64,000 nt of DNA. Source: an uncultured Verrucomicrobiae bacterium. Its GTDB lineage: Bacteria > Verrucomicrobiota > Verrucomicrobiia > Chthoniobacterales > Chthoniobacteraceae. Of this stretch, positions 1 to 9,626 are shown piece after piece. Position numbers and translations under genes: made by a program. The stretch covers positions 32,001 through 96,000 of the forward strand of contig CAWHEP010000006.1 in assembly GCA_963828525.1 (NCBI GenBank). The letters run 5' to 3'. The stretch's first letter is position 1; every line of letters begins with the position of its first letter. The notes below the pieces were generated by a model that was not told where the DNA came from, did no database searches, and saw only the letters and a list, made by a program, of their open reading frames with translations.

Positions 1-84
1 GCGGGTCGTACCCAGCTTCGCCACCTCCGCGATGACCTCGTCGATCTGTTCGCGGGATGTATTCGGCTTTATGACGATGATCAT
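1..84 (-). CDS. aroF: DAHP synthase (type I-beta), N-terminus only, runs off the window edge
   Basis: Manual translation from ATG at 84 gives MIIVIKPNTSREQIDEVIAEVAKLG, typical of the ferredoxin-like regulatory N-terminus of DAHP synthases; only 28 codons visible. Confidence 0.6.
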   Translation of the reverse strand, partial: MIIVIKPNTSREQIDEVIAEVAKLGTTR

Positions 85-394
85 CTCTTCGCATCCATAT
101 CACACGCCGGAACCGTGGCGCAACCCTGTCCCGCGCCCACATCGGCATTGTGACAGGTGGTGCCGACAGTGTCTGATCTTGCCGCCGGGACTAAATTTGG
201 TGACGAAGCTTCGAGGGGCAACGTGAGCTTTTGGACCTTTTAGCGGACAAAAGGAGTTTGGTGTCGATGTGATCGCTAAGCCGCCCGTCGCTAGGGCGCA
301 TCAAGAGCATCACCACTGTACGGTCGCGAAAGGCGGAAGCCGGACGCAGCCATCACTCTTGACGTTTGGCGCATCAGTTCGATAGCGTTTCTGT

Positions 395-586
395 ATGAAA
401 AGGTTTCTCTCCGTTCTGTTATTGGTTTTCGCTTTGGCCCTTTCGCTTCCCGCAGTGGGAGCAGAGGCTTCTCCGGCGACCTGGGCGCAGCCCACAGCGC
501 TCTCGGCTCATCGTCACCACCACCATCACCGGCATCATCACCACCATCGTCGGCACCGTCATCATCATCGCCATCATCGCCGGTAA
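395..586 (+). CDS. Small secreted His/Arg-rich peptide
   Basis: Signal-peptide-like MKRFLSVLLLVFALALSLPAVGA; last 25 residues are 17 His + 8 Arg with mixed CAT/CAC codons. Confidence 0.7.
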   Translation: MKRFLSVLLLVFALALSLPAVGAEASPATWAQPTALSAHRHHHHHRHHHHHRRHRHHHRHHRR

Positions 587-628
587 TGTTTGCGCCAATT
601 TGGCTCAAATACGTCTTTGCCTCGGTAG

Positions 629-1843
629 ATGAAGCGAGCTGTTCTTCTCTCCGTTTCCTGTTGGATGGCGCTCGCCGCTTTGGCGGAAACACAACCAGCG
701 ATCATAACATTGCCCCAACTGCCGTCGGCCGCGCAAAAGACCATCCAGTCGCAGGCAAACGGAAGGGCGCTGGCCAAGATCGAGAGGGTCGAAGGGGATG
801 GCGGCTTCTTCTACGACGTAGAGACGATTGCGGCGGACGGTCAGGAATGGGATTTCACCGTTGCGAATGACGGAACATTAACGAGCCTCGAGGTGCCGCT
901 CGCTGAGACGCCAGTAGCTGTGCAGACGACCGTCAAGTCGCACGTGGGAGACGGCGAGTTCGATAGCATCGAGAAGACCCTCGACGGCAAGGAAGTCGTT
1001 TATCTGGCCGAGATGACGACGAAGGCGGGTGACGATCGGGAGTTCACTGTGGAAACGGATGGGAGATTGTCGAGCATGGAAGTGGCGCTCGCCGAGTTAC
1101 CCGCCGTAGCGCAAAAGACCGTTACGGCACAGATTGGCGATGGCAGGCTGGAGAGCATCGATAAGGCGTTCGACGGCATGGGAGTCTCCTACGAGGTGTA
1201 TGTGACGACGAAGGCCGGTGAGGACCGGGAGTTCACGGTGGAAACGGACGGGGGATTGTCGAGCATGGAAGTGGCGCTCGCCGAGCTACCCGCAGCGGCG
1301 CAAAAGACGGTCGCGGCACAAGCGGGTGCTGCCAGGCTGGAGGGCATTGAGAAGACGTCAGGTCCGAATGCCACCTACGAGGTCAACGTGACGGTCAAGG
1401 ACGGTCAGAAGCGGAGTTTCAGCGTGGAAGCGGACGGAACATTATCGAGCATGGAGGTGACGCTGGCGGACTTGCCCGTCGCGGCGCAGAAGACCGTGAT
1501 AACTGATTTGCGCGACGGCAGCTTGGACAGCATCGGCAAGTCGTTTGACGACGAGGGAGTTTCCTACGAAGTCGATATTACGACAAAGCCCGGCAAGAAA
1601 TGGAGTTTCACCGTGGACGCCAGCGGCAATTTTCTCAGTTCGGAGGTAACGTTGGAGCAGACGCCGGCGCCGGCGCTTAAAACCATCACGGACAAAATCG
1701 GTGGCGGCAGAATTCTTCGAATCAACCAGTCGTACATAAAGAGGAAAAAGGTCTTACCCTTTGAGGTTGACGGAATAAAGGACGGTCAACCGTGCGACTT
1801 TGCTGTTGGCCCGGGCGGCAGGTTTCTTGGCTGGGATGATTGA
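629..1843 (+). CDS. Secreted PepSY-like (BLIP/DUF2874-like) repeat protein
   Basis: Signal peptide; about six ~63-aa repeats (LP.AAQKT...IEK...YEV...EFTV..DG.LSS.EV); 189-bp DNA period visible at 1041 vs 1230. Confidence 0.75.
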   Translation: MKRAVLLSVSCWMALAALAETQPAIITLPQLPSAAQKTIQSQANGRALAKIERVEGDGGFFYDVETIAADGQEWDFTVANDGTLTSLEVPLAETPVAVQTTVKSHVGDGEFDSIEKTLDGKEVVYLAEMTTKAGDDREFTVETDGRLSSMEVALAELPAVAQKTVTAQIGDGRLESIDKAFDGMGVSYEVYVTTKAGEDREFTVETDGGLSSMEVALAELPAAAQKTVAAQAGAARLEGIEKTSGPNATYEVNVTVKDGQKRSFSVEADGTLSSMEVTLADLPVAAQKTVITDLRDGSLDSIGKSFDDEGVSYEVDITTKPGKKWSFTVDASGNFLSSEVTLEQTPAPALKTITDKIGGGRILRINQSYIKRKKVLPFEVDGIKDGQPCDFAVGPGGRFLGWDD

Positions 1844-2046
1844 CAGAGCGGCACTATAGAGACTCTGTTTCCCGGGGGTTTGGGGCGATGTGACGGTATT
1901 TGTAACAGATCAACCGTCGAAACCCGATCGTTCACAGCATCCTGCTATCAGGCTCGAACCCTGTCACGGGAGCCGTTTGGTTCCAACTGCGTCGGTCTCC
2001 GGCTTTTTTTCCGTGCGTTTCTGCGTCGCATGGAGAAAGTAACGAC

Positions 2047-3126
2047 GTGCAGGATTTTACAGGCGGTTCCCTCAACGCCGCGCCTTCCGTCGCCCGCAGC
2101 TCGACGGGCACCCCGGAATTTGACCAGCGTATTCGCAAGCTGGTGGAAGAGTTCGGTCCCTCCCAGTCGCCCGGGCTCATTGAAGATATGATCGCGACCG
2201 CGTTGAAGCTGGGGCGCGACCAAACCAGCGTAGCTGACCTGAAGCTCTTCAGCCGCTCCCTCCGGGAGCTCCGTTATGCCTCGCGAGTCTTCGCCCCCTT
2301 CAGCCGCACCCCTAAAGTGGTCGTGTTCGGTTCCGCTCGCACGCGCCCGGACGAAGCCGAGTTCCTCGCCGCTGAAAAGTTTGCCCGAATGATGCGCGAA
2401 CGCGGCTACATGATCATAACCGGCGGCGGCGATGGGATCATGGGCGCGGCGCAACGGGGCGCGGGCCGTGAAAATAGCTTCGGCCTCAACATCCGGCTCC
2501 CCTTCGAGCAGCGCGCAAACGAGACCATCGACGGCGACGCAAAGCTCATAAATTTTAACTACTTCTTCACCCGCAAGCTGAACTTTGTGAAGGAAACGCA
2601 CGCTGTTGCTCTTTTCCCCGGAGGGTTTGGCACCATGGACGAAGGGTTTGAAGTCCTTACCCTCATGCAGACTGGCAAGGCGAGGATCATTCCGCTGGTC
2701 ATGGTGGACAAGGTGGGCGGCGGGTATTGGAAGACGTGGTTCAGTTTCCTTGGCGAATACTTGCTCAAACTCGGGCTAGTATCCAAGGATGACTTCGACC
2801 TGTTCAGCATTACCGATAACGTGGAAGCCGCTGTCGATGAGATCGTGCTTTTTTACCGAAACTTTCATTCGTACCGGTGGGTTGGCAGCAAAATGGTTGT
2901 GCGCATCCAGCACCGTCTCTCAAAAGAGGCTGTAGCAGATCTAAACACCAAGTTCCGGGACCTTCTCGAAAGCGGCGAAATCGAGCAAGGAAGCGCCCTC
3001 CCCGAGGAGCGGAACGAGCCGGAGATTGGAAGCCTGCCCCGGCTCATACTCATTCCTAAACGAACCAACTTCGGTCGCATTCGCCGCTTCATTGACGCCG
3101 TCAACATGGCAGAAGTCGAGGGGTAG
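2047..3126 (+). CDS. LOG family (TIGR00730-like) nucleotide-binding protein
   Basis: VFGSART, ITGGGDGIMGAA and FPGGFGTMDE motifs. Confidence 0.9.
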   Translation: MQDFTGGSLNAAPSVARSSTGTPEFDQRIRKLVEEFGPSQSPGLIEDMIATALKLGRDQTSVADLKLFSRSLRELRYASRVFAPFSRTPKVVVFGSARTRPDEAEFLAAEKFARMMRERGYMIITGGGDGIMGAAQRGAGRENSFGLNIRLPFEQRANETIDGDAKLINFNYFFTRKLNFVKETHAVALFPGGFGTMDEGFEVLTLMQTGKARIIPLVMVDKVGGGYWKTWFSFLGEYLLKLGLVSKDDFDLFSITDNVEAAVDEIVLFYRNFHSYRWVGSKMVVRIQHRLSKEAVADLNTKFRDLLESGEIEQGSALPEERNEPEIGSLPRLILIPKRTNFGRIRRFIDAVNMAEVEG

Positions 3127-3192
3127 GAAAGTTGCTTGGTAGTCCCTCCACCTAGCCCGCTCCCCTTGACCGGCGCTGAGCCCCCCGGTGAC

Positions 3193-3714
3193 CTAACAAG
3201 GCTCGCTGAATTTCAGCTCCGGCGGGATTTGGTCATGGCAGTGAAGGGATTTGATAAGCATCTCATCCGTGAACTGGAGCCTTCTGGCCAGTTCCCTGGC
3301 AATGTTCATCATCAACAGGGCGAAAAGAGCGATATCCTCACGGTGCAGCCGGTGCAGCAGCCGTTTGGAAAATACGATGATTTCGCTGTCCTTGATGGCT
3401 ACGGCTGAAATGGTGTGTTGGTGGATGCTCATCAACGCGGCCTGTCCAAAACATTCGCCCGTGCCCAGTCTTTTTTTTTCGATCATCATCTCGTGGTCGG
3501 GAATGAACAGCTCGATGCAGCCGCTCTTGACGATGTAAATGTGGGAGGGCTCGTCACCCTTCTGGAAAACGAACTCTCCTTCTTTGAATCTGCCAATCTC
3601 CAAGCGGCGAAAAATCCCGTCTCGCTGAGCATCGGTGATTCCGCCGAACAGCGAGATTTGAGAGAGGATGGAGAGGACTTCTTCAGGGTTCTCCAACGGA
3701 GCGAGGGAGTTCAT
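3193..3714 (-). CDS. Cyclic nucleotide-binding domain protein
   Basis: F.EGEFVFQKGD...YIVKSG.IEL...GECFGQAAL cNMP-binding signature; no C-terminal HTH. Confidence 0.85.
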   Translation of the reverse strand: MNSLAPLENPEEVLSILSQISLFGGITDAQRDGIFRRLEIGRFKEGEFVFQKGDEPSHIYIVKSGCIELFIPDHEMMIEKKRLGTGECFGQAALMSIHQHTISAVAIKDSEIIVFSKRLLHRLHREDIALFALLMMNIARELARRLQFTDEMLIKSLHCHDQIPPELKFSEPC

Positions 3715-3964
3715 CTTGACCGAAACACTCGATGGCTACCCGTCATGGCAAGTTCGACGTCAGGGATGGTTTCATACGTCACATTTTTTTCCGCAGGGAT
3801 CGACCTATCGGTTCACCTGACATGAGAGTTCACGTTTATCAAGTTCACCCAAGGAAGTCAGCCAAATCTATTTTCCTGCCCGCTGCTTGAGTATGCTCTT
3901 AACAGTCACCGGTTTACGCGCGCTTTTTCCTCGCCCGCGCGGAATCCCTTCGTAACATTCCCGA

Positions 3965-4882
3965 ATGTACTGCTCTCCGTGGTTTCACGTCCCTCTAAAG
4001 TTTCGCCTCTCCGTGATGGTCCTCCTGAGTATTTGCCCCTTGCTTGGCAACCGGGCAGCATCGGCAGCAGATCTACTGGTGAAGAGCGGTGACAAGGTGG
4101 CGTTCCTTGGAGATTCCATCACGTCCAACGGAGCCGTTCCACCCGGAGGCTATGTTCGGCTGGTGGAATCAGGACTGGCCCAACAGGGCGTCAAGATCGA
4201 GGTCATTGCAGCAGGGGTCAGCGGCAACACGTCAAAGGATATGCTCGCCCGCCTCGAACGCGACGTCCTGGCCAAGAAGCCGACCTTGATGACACTTAGC
4301 TGTGGGGTCAACGATGTCTGGCATGGACCGACCGGCGTCGCTCTGGAGATATACAAACAAAACATCCGCGCCATAGTGGATCGCGCCCAAGCAGCCAGCA
4401 TTAAAGTGGTGATCCTCACGGCCACCATGATCTCGGAGGATCCAGCGGCTGCGAATAACCAGAAGCTGGAGGCTTACAACGACTTCCTGCGCGCTTTGGC
4501 GAAGGAAAAGGACTTGCCGCTGGCGGATCTGAACGCCGACGAACAAGCCGAACTCAAGCGACTGGCTGCCGAAAAGCCCGTGAAGGGCAATATACTGACG
4601 GCGGACGGCGTGCATCCAAACGCGTTGGGCGATGAAATGATGGCCACAGGCATCCTCAAGGCGTTCGGTCTGAGCGACAAGCAACTCCTCCAACAGCGCG
4701 CAACCTGGCTGGATCTCGGCAACGCCGCTCAGGTGAAAGTGGCGGTGAAGATGACGCCTCGACAGTTCCGCGCCCTCCAGCTTCTCGCCGCTGAGGCCGA
4801 CCTGCCCATGGATAGGTTTCTTAGTGAGAAGTTCGACCGCATGATGCCAGAGATCGGAATAGGATCTCCCCATACGCACTAG
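3965..4882 (+). CDS. SGNH/GDSL hydrolase, secreted
   Basis: FLGDSIT, GVSGN, GVND and DGVHPN blocks. Confidence 0.9.
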   Translation: MYCSPWFHVPLKFRLSVMVLLSICPLLGNRAASAADLLVKSGDKVAFLGDSITSNGAVPPGGYVRLVESGLAQQGVKIEVIAAGVSGNTSKDMLARLERDVLAKKPTLMTLSCGVNDVWHGPTGVALEIYKQNIRAIVDRAQAASIKVVILTATMISEDPAAANNQKLEAYNDFLRALAKEKDLPLADLNADEQAELKRLAAEKPVKGNILTADGVHPNALGDEMMATGILKAFGLSDKQLLQQRATWLDLGNAAQVKVAVKMTPRQFRALQLLAAEADLPMDRFLSEKFDRMMPEIGIGSPHTH

Positions 4883-5048
4883 AAAGCTCCTCAACCAAAG
4901 AGTGCATGGTGAACTGAGGCCGCTGTTTGTTGTGGCAAGCACAAACCGTCATGAACCGTAGCAGCTAATGGTCCTGCGATCAGCGTGACCTTCCGAGAGC
5001 GACTCGTAGCGCAAAAGTGACTTCTCACCACCCATGAGATAACCATGC

Positions 5049-6298
5049 GTGAGCCAAATGAAAATCGTTCTCATGGTCATCGCCGTCTGCGCCGTCCCTT
5101 CCATCCTGACGGCCGCGCCATCGGCTCCTGCCTCCACGCCGAAACCGGCGAGCTTCGGACAGGCGCAGTCCGGACTGTCTTCGGATGGTTCTTCTAAGAA
5201 AGGCGCTCGGATCGCGCCCATTGACCCTGTCGCAACCAACGCTTCGCCACCCGCCGTTTCAAGCCCAGCCCCTATCGGCTCTCCACCCGTCCAACAAGCG
5301 CCCCGCTCGACGGCTGACATTGTGCAAGCTTCCGGCGACAGCTTGTTTCTCGTGGAAGGAAACGAGGGGCTCGCCAGCGGTTTCGTCGCGACTCTTCACG
5401 GGCAGAAGCTGGCGATCTCGAACATCCATGTGTTCGCGGGCAACGCGAATCCCCGGTTGACTTTGCTTGACCGCAAACCAATGCAGTTAGCCGGTGCGGC
5501 CGCCGCGGTCGGTGAAGACATCATGGCGGTCGGAGTCACGTCCGGCGGCACGGCGATGGATTGCGCCGAGGCGGTCGATAATTAGCGAGGATCGGCGACC
5601 AAGTGGTTGTTCTGGGAAATGAACAGGGCGCGGGGGTGGTGCATCCCATTGAGGGAAAGATCGTCGGTCTGGGGCCAAATCTGGTGGAAATCGACGCCGA
5701 GTTCCAGCCGGGCAACAGCGGCAGCCCGATCATCCATAAGGCAAGCGGCAAAGTGATCGGGGTCGCCACCTACCTGGTCATCGAGCAAGCGACGCCATTT
5801 TCCTCCACAGCTGGCGAGGAAGGTAAAAAGAAACAGGAAAAAGGCGGAAATGACAACAATCAAGGAGGAGAAGTGCGCCGCTTCGGCTACCGGCTCGACA
5901 GCATAGAAAAATGGCAGTCGGTAAACTGGCAGCGGTTCAACGCGGAGGCGGCTACTATGGAGAAGATCAAGACGCTGACGACCGACCTGATCGACGTTAT
6001 CCATGACATCAATGTTCACAACGGGCGCATCACGGTCGCGGCGCACCAGAATCCCGCGCTCGCCGCTGACGTCGAAAGGCTCGCCGAGGCGGAACACAAC
6101 AAGAGAATGAGCCGCTCCGATTTCATGGAGGTCGCGCAGAGCTTTATGCTTACGATGCGCTACCTCTGCCGAGCGGATGACGCGGCCGGCTTGCGGTTGA
6201 CGTATGACTATTTTCGGCGCGAGTTCGATGAAGAAAAACCGGCGCGCGAAGGGCTGTATAAGGATTTCGATCAAGCGGTAAATACGCTTCGTAACTGA
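5049..6298 (+). CDS. Secreted trypsin-like serine protease, split by one frameshift near 5583
   Basis: SNIHV (His) in ORF 5049-5585 and PGNSGSP (Ser) in ORF 5603-6298; one added base restores AVDN.ARIGDQVVVLGN. Confidence 0.75.
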
Positions 6299-6450
6299 AG
6301 TGGGCTTACCTTGTTGAATTGTTGACGGGCTTCATCTCATGCCGTCGCGCTCGGCAATCGACGATATCGCGAACCGCCGCCTCCTCAATTTCGAGGTAAA
6401 TAACCGATGCCTGGTTCACTCTGGGGCCTTTGCGTCGGCGCGGTTCAAGA

Positions 6451-6508
6451 TGCCGATGGCGGGACTCGAACCCGCACTCCGCTTTCGCGAAAACGGATTT
6501 TAAGTCCG
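6451..6508 (-). repeat. att site: 58-bp duplicate of the 3' part of tRNA-Leu(UAA)
   Basis: TGCCGATGGCGGGACTCGAACCCGCACTCCGCTTTCGCGAAAACGGATTTTAAGTCCG is identical to 11380-11437. Confidence 0.97.
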
Positions 6509-6534
6509 CCGCCCTACAGAGAAGAAGCTGTCAT

Positions 6535-6557
6535 ATTGCTTTTTTGTTGCTCTTTTT
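6535..6557. promoter_or_regulatory. Putative integrase arm-type binding sites (left end)
   Basis: Tandem 11-bp units TTGCTTTTTTG/TTGCTCTTTTT; 16 of 17 nt identical to 11243-11259 at the other end. Confidence 0.65.
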
Positions 6558-6586
6558 AGAGCCGTGCGAGCCGCCGTCACTTTCAC

Positions 6587-7264
6587 TTAGGTGACCACTA
6601 CCATCTGACGATTGGCTCGTCCTGCGGCTAAAAATCCGTCGATGATGAAGATTGGATAGAGAAAAACGGCGGCGATGCCTGCGGTCGCGGTGACGAGCGC
6701 GACGGTCAGCACCAGGACAAAGCACCCGAGTAAGATGCGTCCGCAATACATGTAACCGAGTCCTGGAATAAGGAGATTGAGGAAAGCAGCCACTAAGCCA
6801 CTTTTGCGATTGCCAATCACGACCACGGATGGGCGCGAGTTGGAGGCGGCTGCCGAAGACGCCGCACCGCCTGCGTTCATAAAAACCATTGGGGTTGCGT
6901 TGGCTCGCTTCGCTTCTTCGGCGGCTCGTAGAGCAACATCAAGAATCTCTCCGCAATGCTTGCACTTCTTGGCGCTAACGGAAATGTCCTCCGCGCAAAA
7001 GGGACATTTCTGGGTAGCGGCGGCGACCGGTGTTGAGGTCTCATAGACTTGCTGGATCCGCGACAACGCTGTCAAGGGGACAAGGCTTCTCGAAGGTGGA
7101 GCGGGGAGAGGGGCTATCGACCGATAGGGTCGCCAATCTGTGTCGCCTTCTGGAAAAATGTTGGTGTCCTCCGTGATAGTTCCGCTCCGATAGAGCGCGT
7201 GAAGCTCATCATCGGTTATTGGCCCTATGACTTGGTTTTCGGAATCTGCGTAGTGATAGTTCAT
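6587..7264 (-). CDS. GYF_2 (DUF4339) + zinc ribbon + TM2-like membrane protein
   Basis: YHYA...IGPITDDELHALYRSGTITEDT.IF.EG...W (GYF_2); CPFCAE...KKCKHCGE; KSGLVAAFLNLLIPGLGYMYCG followed by TM helices. Confidence 0.8.
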   Translation of the reverse strand: MNYHYADSENQVIGPITDDELHALYRSGTITEDTNIFPEGDTDWRPYRSIAPLPAPPSRSLVPLTALSRIQQVYETSTPVAAATQKCPFCAEDISVSAKKCKHCGEILDVALRAAEEAKRANATPMVFMNAGGAASSAAASNSRPSVVVIGNRKSGLVAAFLNLLIPGLGYMYCGRILLGCFVLVLTVALVTATAGIAAVFLYPIFIIDGFLAAGRANRQMVVVT

Positions 7265-7349
7265 TGGCGCGGAGTATCTGAATTTCGAGTGCGTTCGGGA
7301 TCTAAACAACAGGAAAGTGGAAAGCCTGACTGTACCTGAATTGGAAAGG

Positions 7350-7930
7350 TTAAGTATCATTCGTCAGTTGACTCAAGCTTCTCTGCTTCCTTGTCCGGAT
7401 GTGCGAGCTCGATCTCCTTCCGTAAGTCGTCCAGATACAGAATCGATGCAGATGACCTGCTGCGAGGTCAGCAGCCAAGCTGTGCCGGAAAGATACAATC
7501 TCGACTCGCAGTCCTTGGTTCTTAACGGCACGAACCGTCTCAAGATAGTCCTTGTCGCCTGATAGCAAAATAGCGGTGTCAAATGCTCTGTGTATCGCGT
7601 GGGTAAGCATCCTCGTAGCGATGGCGACATCAACACCCTTCTCGGCTTTTAGGTGTGCGTCTTATTGCAATTACGGCAACGGAAGGTCTTCTGACCGAGT
7701 GGAAGAGTACCGTCTCCCACCGTAAGGTCTCCTTGAGCATTTGGTAAAATGCTGTCTGCGTGTATCGTGGAGGGTCTGTTACGCGGCAAAAAAATGCGTT
7801 TGCCAAATCTCGCCGTCTTGCGCGAGGCGGAACATCAGTTTCTCGGCGTCGATTCGCCAGCCCACGCTTTCTGGCCGCGAAATATGTTTGAGTTGTCGAA
7901 ATAAACGATGGTTCTTCCGCGATTCGTCAT
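7350..7930 (-). CDS. NYN (PIN-like, LabA/DUF88) domain nuclease with several frameshifts
   Basis: Reconstructed MTNRGRTIVYFDNSNIF...CRNC...EKGVDVAIA...AILLSGDKDY...GLRVEIVSF; acidic motifs DxSN, EKxVD and SGDxD all present. Confidence 0.8.
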
Positions 7931-8170
7931 ACGTTTTGTTGAATTTCAAAATTTGATCGGAAGCAAACACGGTGTCGAGCGCAATTTCTCGATTTACGCC
8001 GCCGCCGCGTTGTCCCTGCTTTCTCGCACGACCGTGGCAAATCCCACCTCCTGAACTTTCCGCCTCTTGCCGTGTATCGCGCTTTGGCCCGCTTCCATTT
8101 GGAACAAGGGCGTTCGCCGCCGCGCCCTTGTAAATCCCCAGGCTCGGGAGGAACTTGCTCGCCTCCACAG

Positions 8171-8817
8171 TCAAAAAGGCGCCACTCGGGAAGAGTATTC
8201 GAATTCGAGTTCCTCCTCGGCGCACATCCAATACGGCTTGTCACACGGCCCGAGACCACCCCGCCAGCCCTGCTCAATCGTGAGGAATAGCATCCGCCGG
8301 ACAAAATCCATCCGTTGCAGGAAATTCTCCCTGCCAGTCCATTCCTTCCACTCCTTGCAGGCGTGGTAAATCTTGCTGAACAGGGATTCCTTGACGACAT
8401 CCTTGACTTTTGTCGGATTCCAATCCTTTCCGAATGCGGCCATAGCCGCCAGCGGTTAAAGCACGGAGGGCGCTCCTTCGATAGGTATTTTCCAACATAC
8501 GCCGCGTGTTCAGGCGGCATCCGCATGACGTGAATCCGGCCCCAGCCCGCTTTCACCGCCAGTTCCCGCGCTGTATTCACGTTGATGAACCGATTTGTCA
8601 GAAGGTGGACATGGAGGCCGTGTTCCTCGTGGAGCTCGAAGACGCGAACGCCCTGCAACGCGGGCCAGGTCCGAAGCATGAGAGTCAGGAGGTAGTTCCA
8701 TTTCTTTCGGGTTTCCTTGACGCTCAGCAGGTCTTTGAACGTGAACGTCCACATGAAGAGCTTTTGCTTTCCAAGTGTCCCGGCTGTGAAGAGGAATGCG
8801 GCTTTGCTTTTGGTCAT
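8171..8817 (-). CDS. rep: HUH rolling-circle replication initiator (~215 aa; one frameshift near 8443)
   Basis: Motif I FMWTFT, motif II GLHVHLL, motif III YVGKYLSK (two Tyr); continues WRLW/AAFGKDW in ORF 8171-8443. Confidence 0.85.
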
Positions 8818-8839
8818 GGGATGAACGGGGGTTGTGGAG

Positions 8840-8906
8840 TTGTTTCCTAGTAAACAAGGTTAAGGCGGCGGGCCTATGTGCGCGCCTCCGGCGCGCACAT
8901 AGGCCC
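8840..8906. other. Candidate double-strand origin: two hairpins just upstream of rep
   Basis: Perfect 17-bp inverted repeat GGGCCTATGTGCGCGCC-TCC-GGCGCGCACATAGGCCC (8870-8906) plus TTGTTT-CCTAGT-AAACAA (8840-8857). Confidence 0.55.
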
Positions 8907-9262
8907 CGCGCTTCCCTTTCGACTTCGACCAATTCCGGCCCTTGGTCTCCCATCGAGCAAATCACCTGGCCCCTATCGTTCTTCAAACTCGACAGGAAGA
9001 ACACGTACAGCCTGCCTTTCAAATAATGGAACATGGCTTCTTCGGGCGTCTCGATGATCTCCGGCCAACGTTCATAGATGATCGCCCGATCCAGATTCCC
9101 TCGGCAGGCACATTCGAGGAGGTGGAGCGCCCGCACGTAATGGATGGCTTGCCCCGTCTTTCTGTCAACGTATCCGGTCTTCTCCGCCTGTGACCCCCGA
9201 TACTCGCCTACGATCAGCAAACGGCCTCGCAAGACCTCGCGCAGAAGTTCGAGCGGCTTCAC
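8860..9262 (-). CDS. Hypothetical protein, possibly an OB-fold ssDNA-binding protein (3' end uncertain)
   Basis: GTG start after AGGAGG RBS; beta-rich sequence with GYVDRKTGQAIHY hairpin; lies between xis and rep. Confidence 0.5.
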
Positions 9263-9270
9263 CGTCCCTC

Positions 9271-9466
9271 CTAGCCAACGGCCTTGTGTTCGAATTTTGC
9301 CAAAGCCTGCTCCACCGCCGGCCAGTAAAAGCGAACCGTGCGATGCCCGAGCGCGAAGAAAGGAATCTTGCGGGCGCGCAATCAATTCCTCGACACCGCG
9401 CTTGGTCATGCCAAGTGCCGCGGCCACGTCCCCTTTCGTTAAATACCGTTTCGCCTCTTCTTTCAT
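9271..9466 (-). CDS. Excisionase-like HTH (HTH_17/MerR-like); one extra base near 9373
   Basis: Corrected MKEEAKRYLTKGDVAAALGMTKRGVEELIARRKIPFFALGHRTVRFYWPAVEQALAKFEHKAVG*. Confidence 0.8.
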
Positions 9467-9626
9467 GCGCACGCGATCTATAGCATGCGTTTTTGAAGAA
9501 ACGGTTCAGACCGTTAAACGGTTTACGTCAGGATGGGACAGGGGATGACACCCGATGACCAGGGAGGACAGAAATAATCAAAATTATTTCTTGACGGTTT
9601 TCGGTCTTTTCCGAAACAGGCCACGT

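Noticed and set aside
291..692. Minus-strand Asp/Gly-rich ORF
   Set aside because: Antisense shadow of the His-rich tract; the plus-strand ORF has a proper signal peptide
6451..6508. A second tRNA-Leu gene
   Set aside because: Lacks the 5' acceptor strand and D arm; it is the att duplicate
8171..8817. IS200/IS605 or REP-associated HUH transposase
   Set aside because: Has motif I and a two-tyrosine YxxKY motif III and sits in an int/xis unit; no tnpB or paired terminal hairpins seen
8510..9472. 320-aa ORF as a single protein
   Set aside because: Artefactual fusion: removing one base near 9373 gives a complete excisionase ending at 9271, the next gene has its own RBS and GTG, and the tail overlaps rep out of frame
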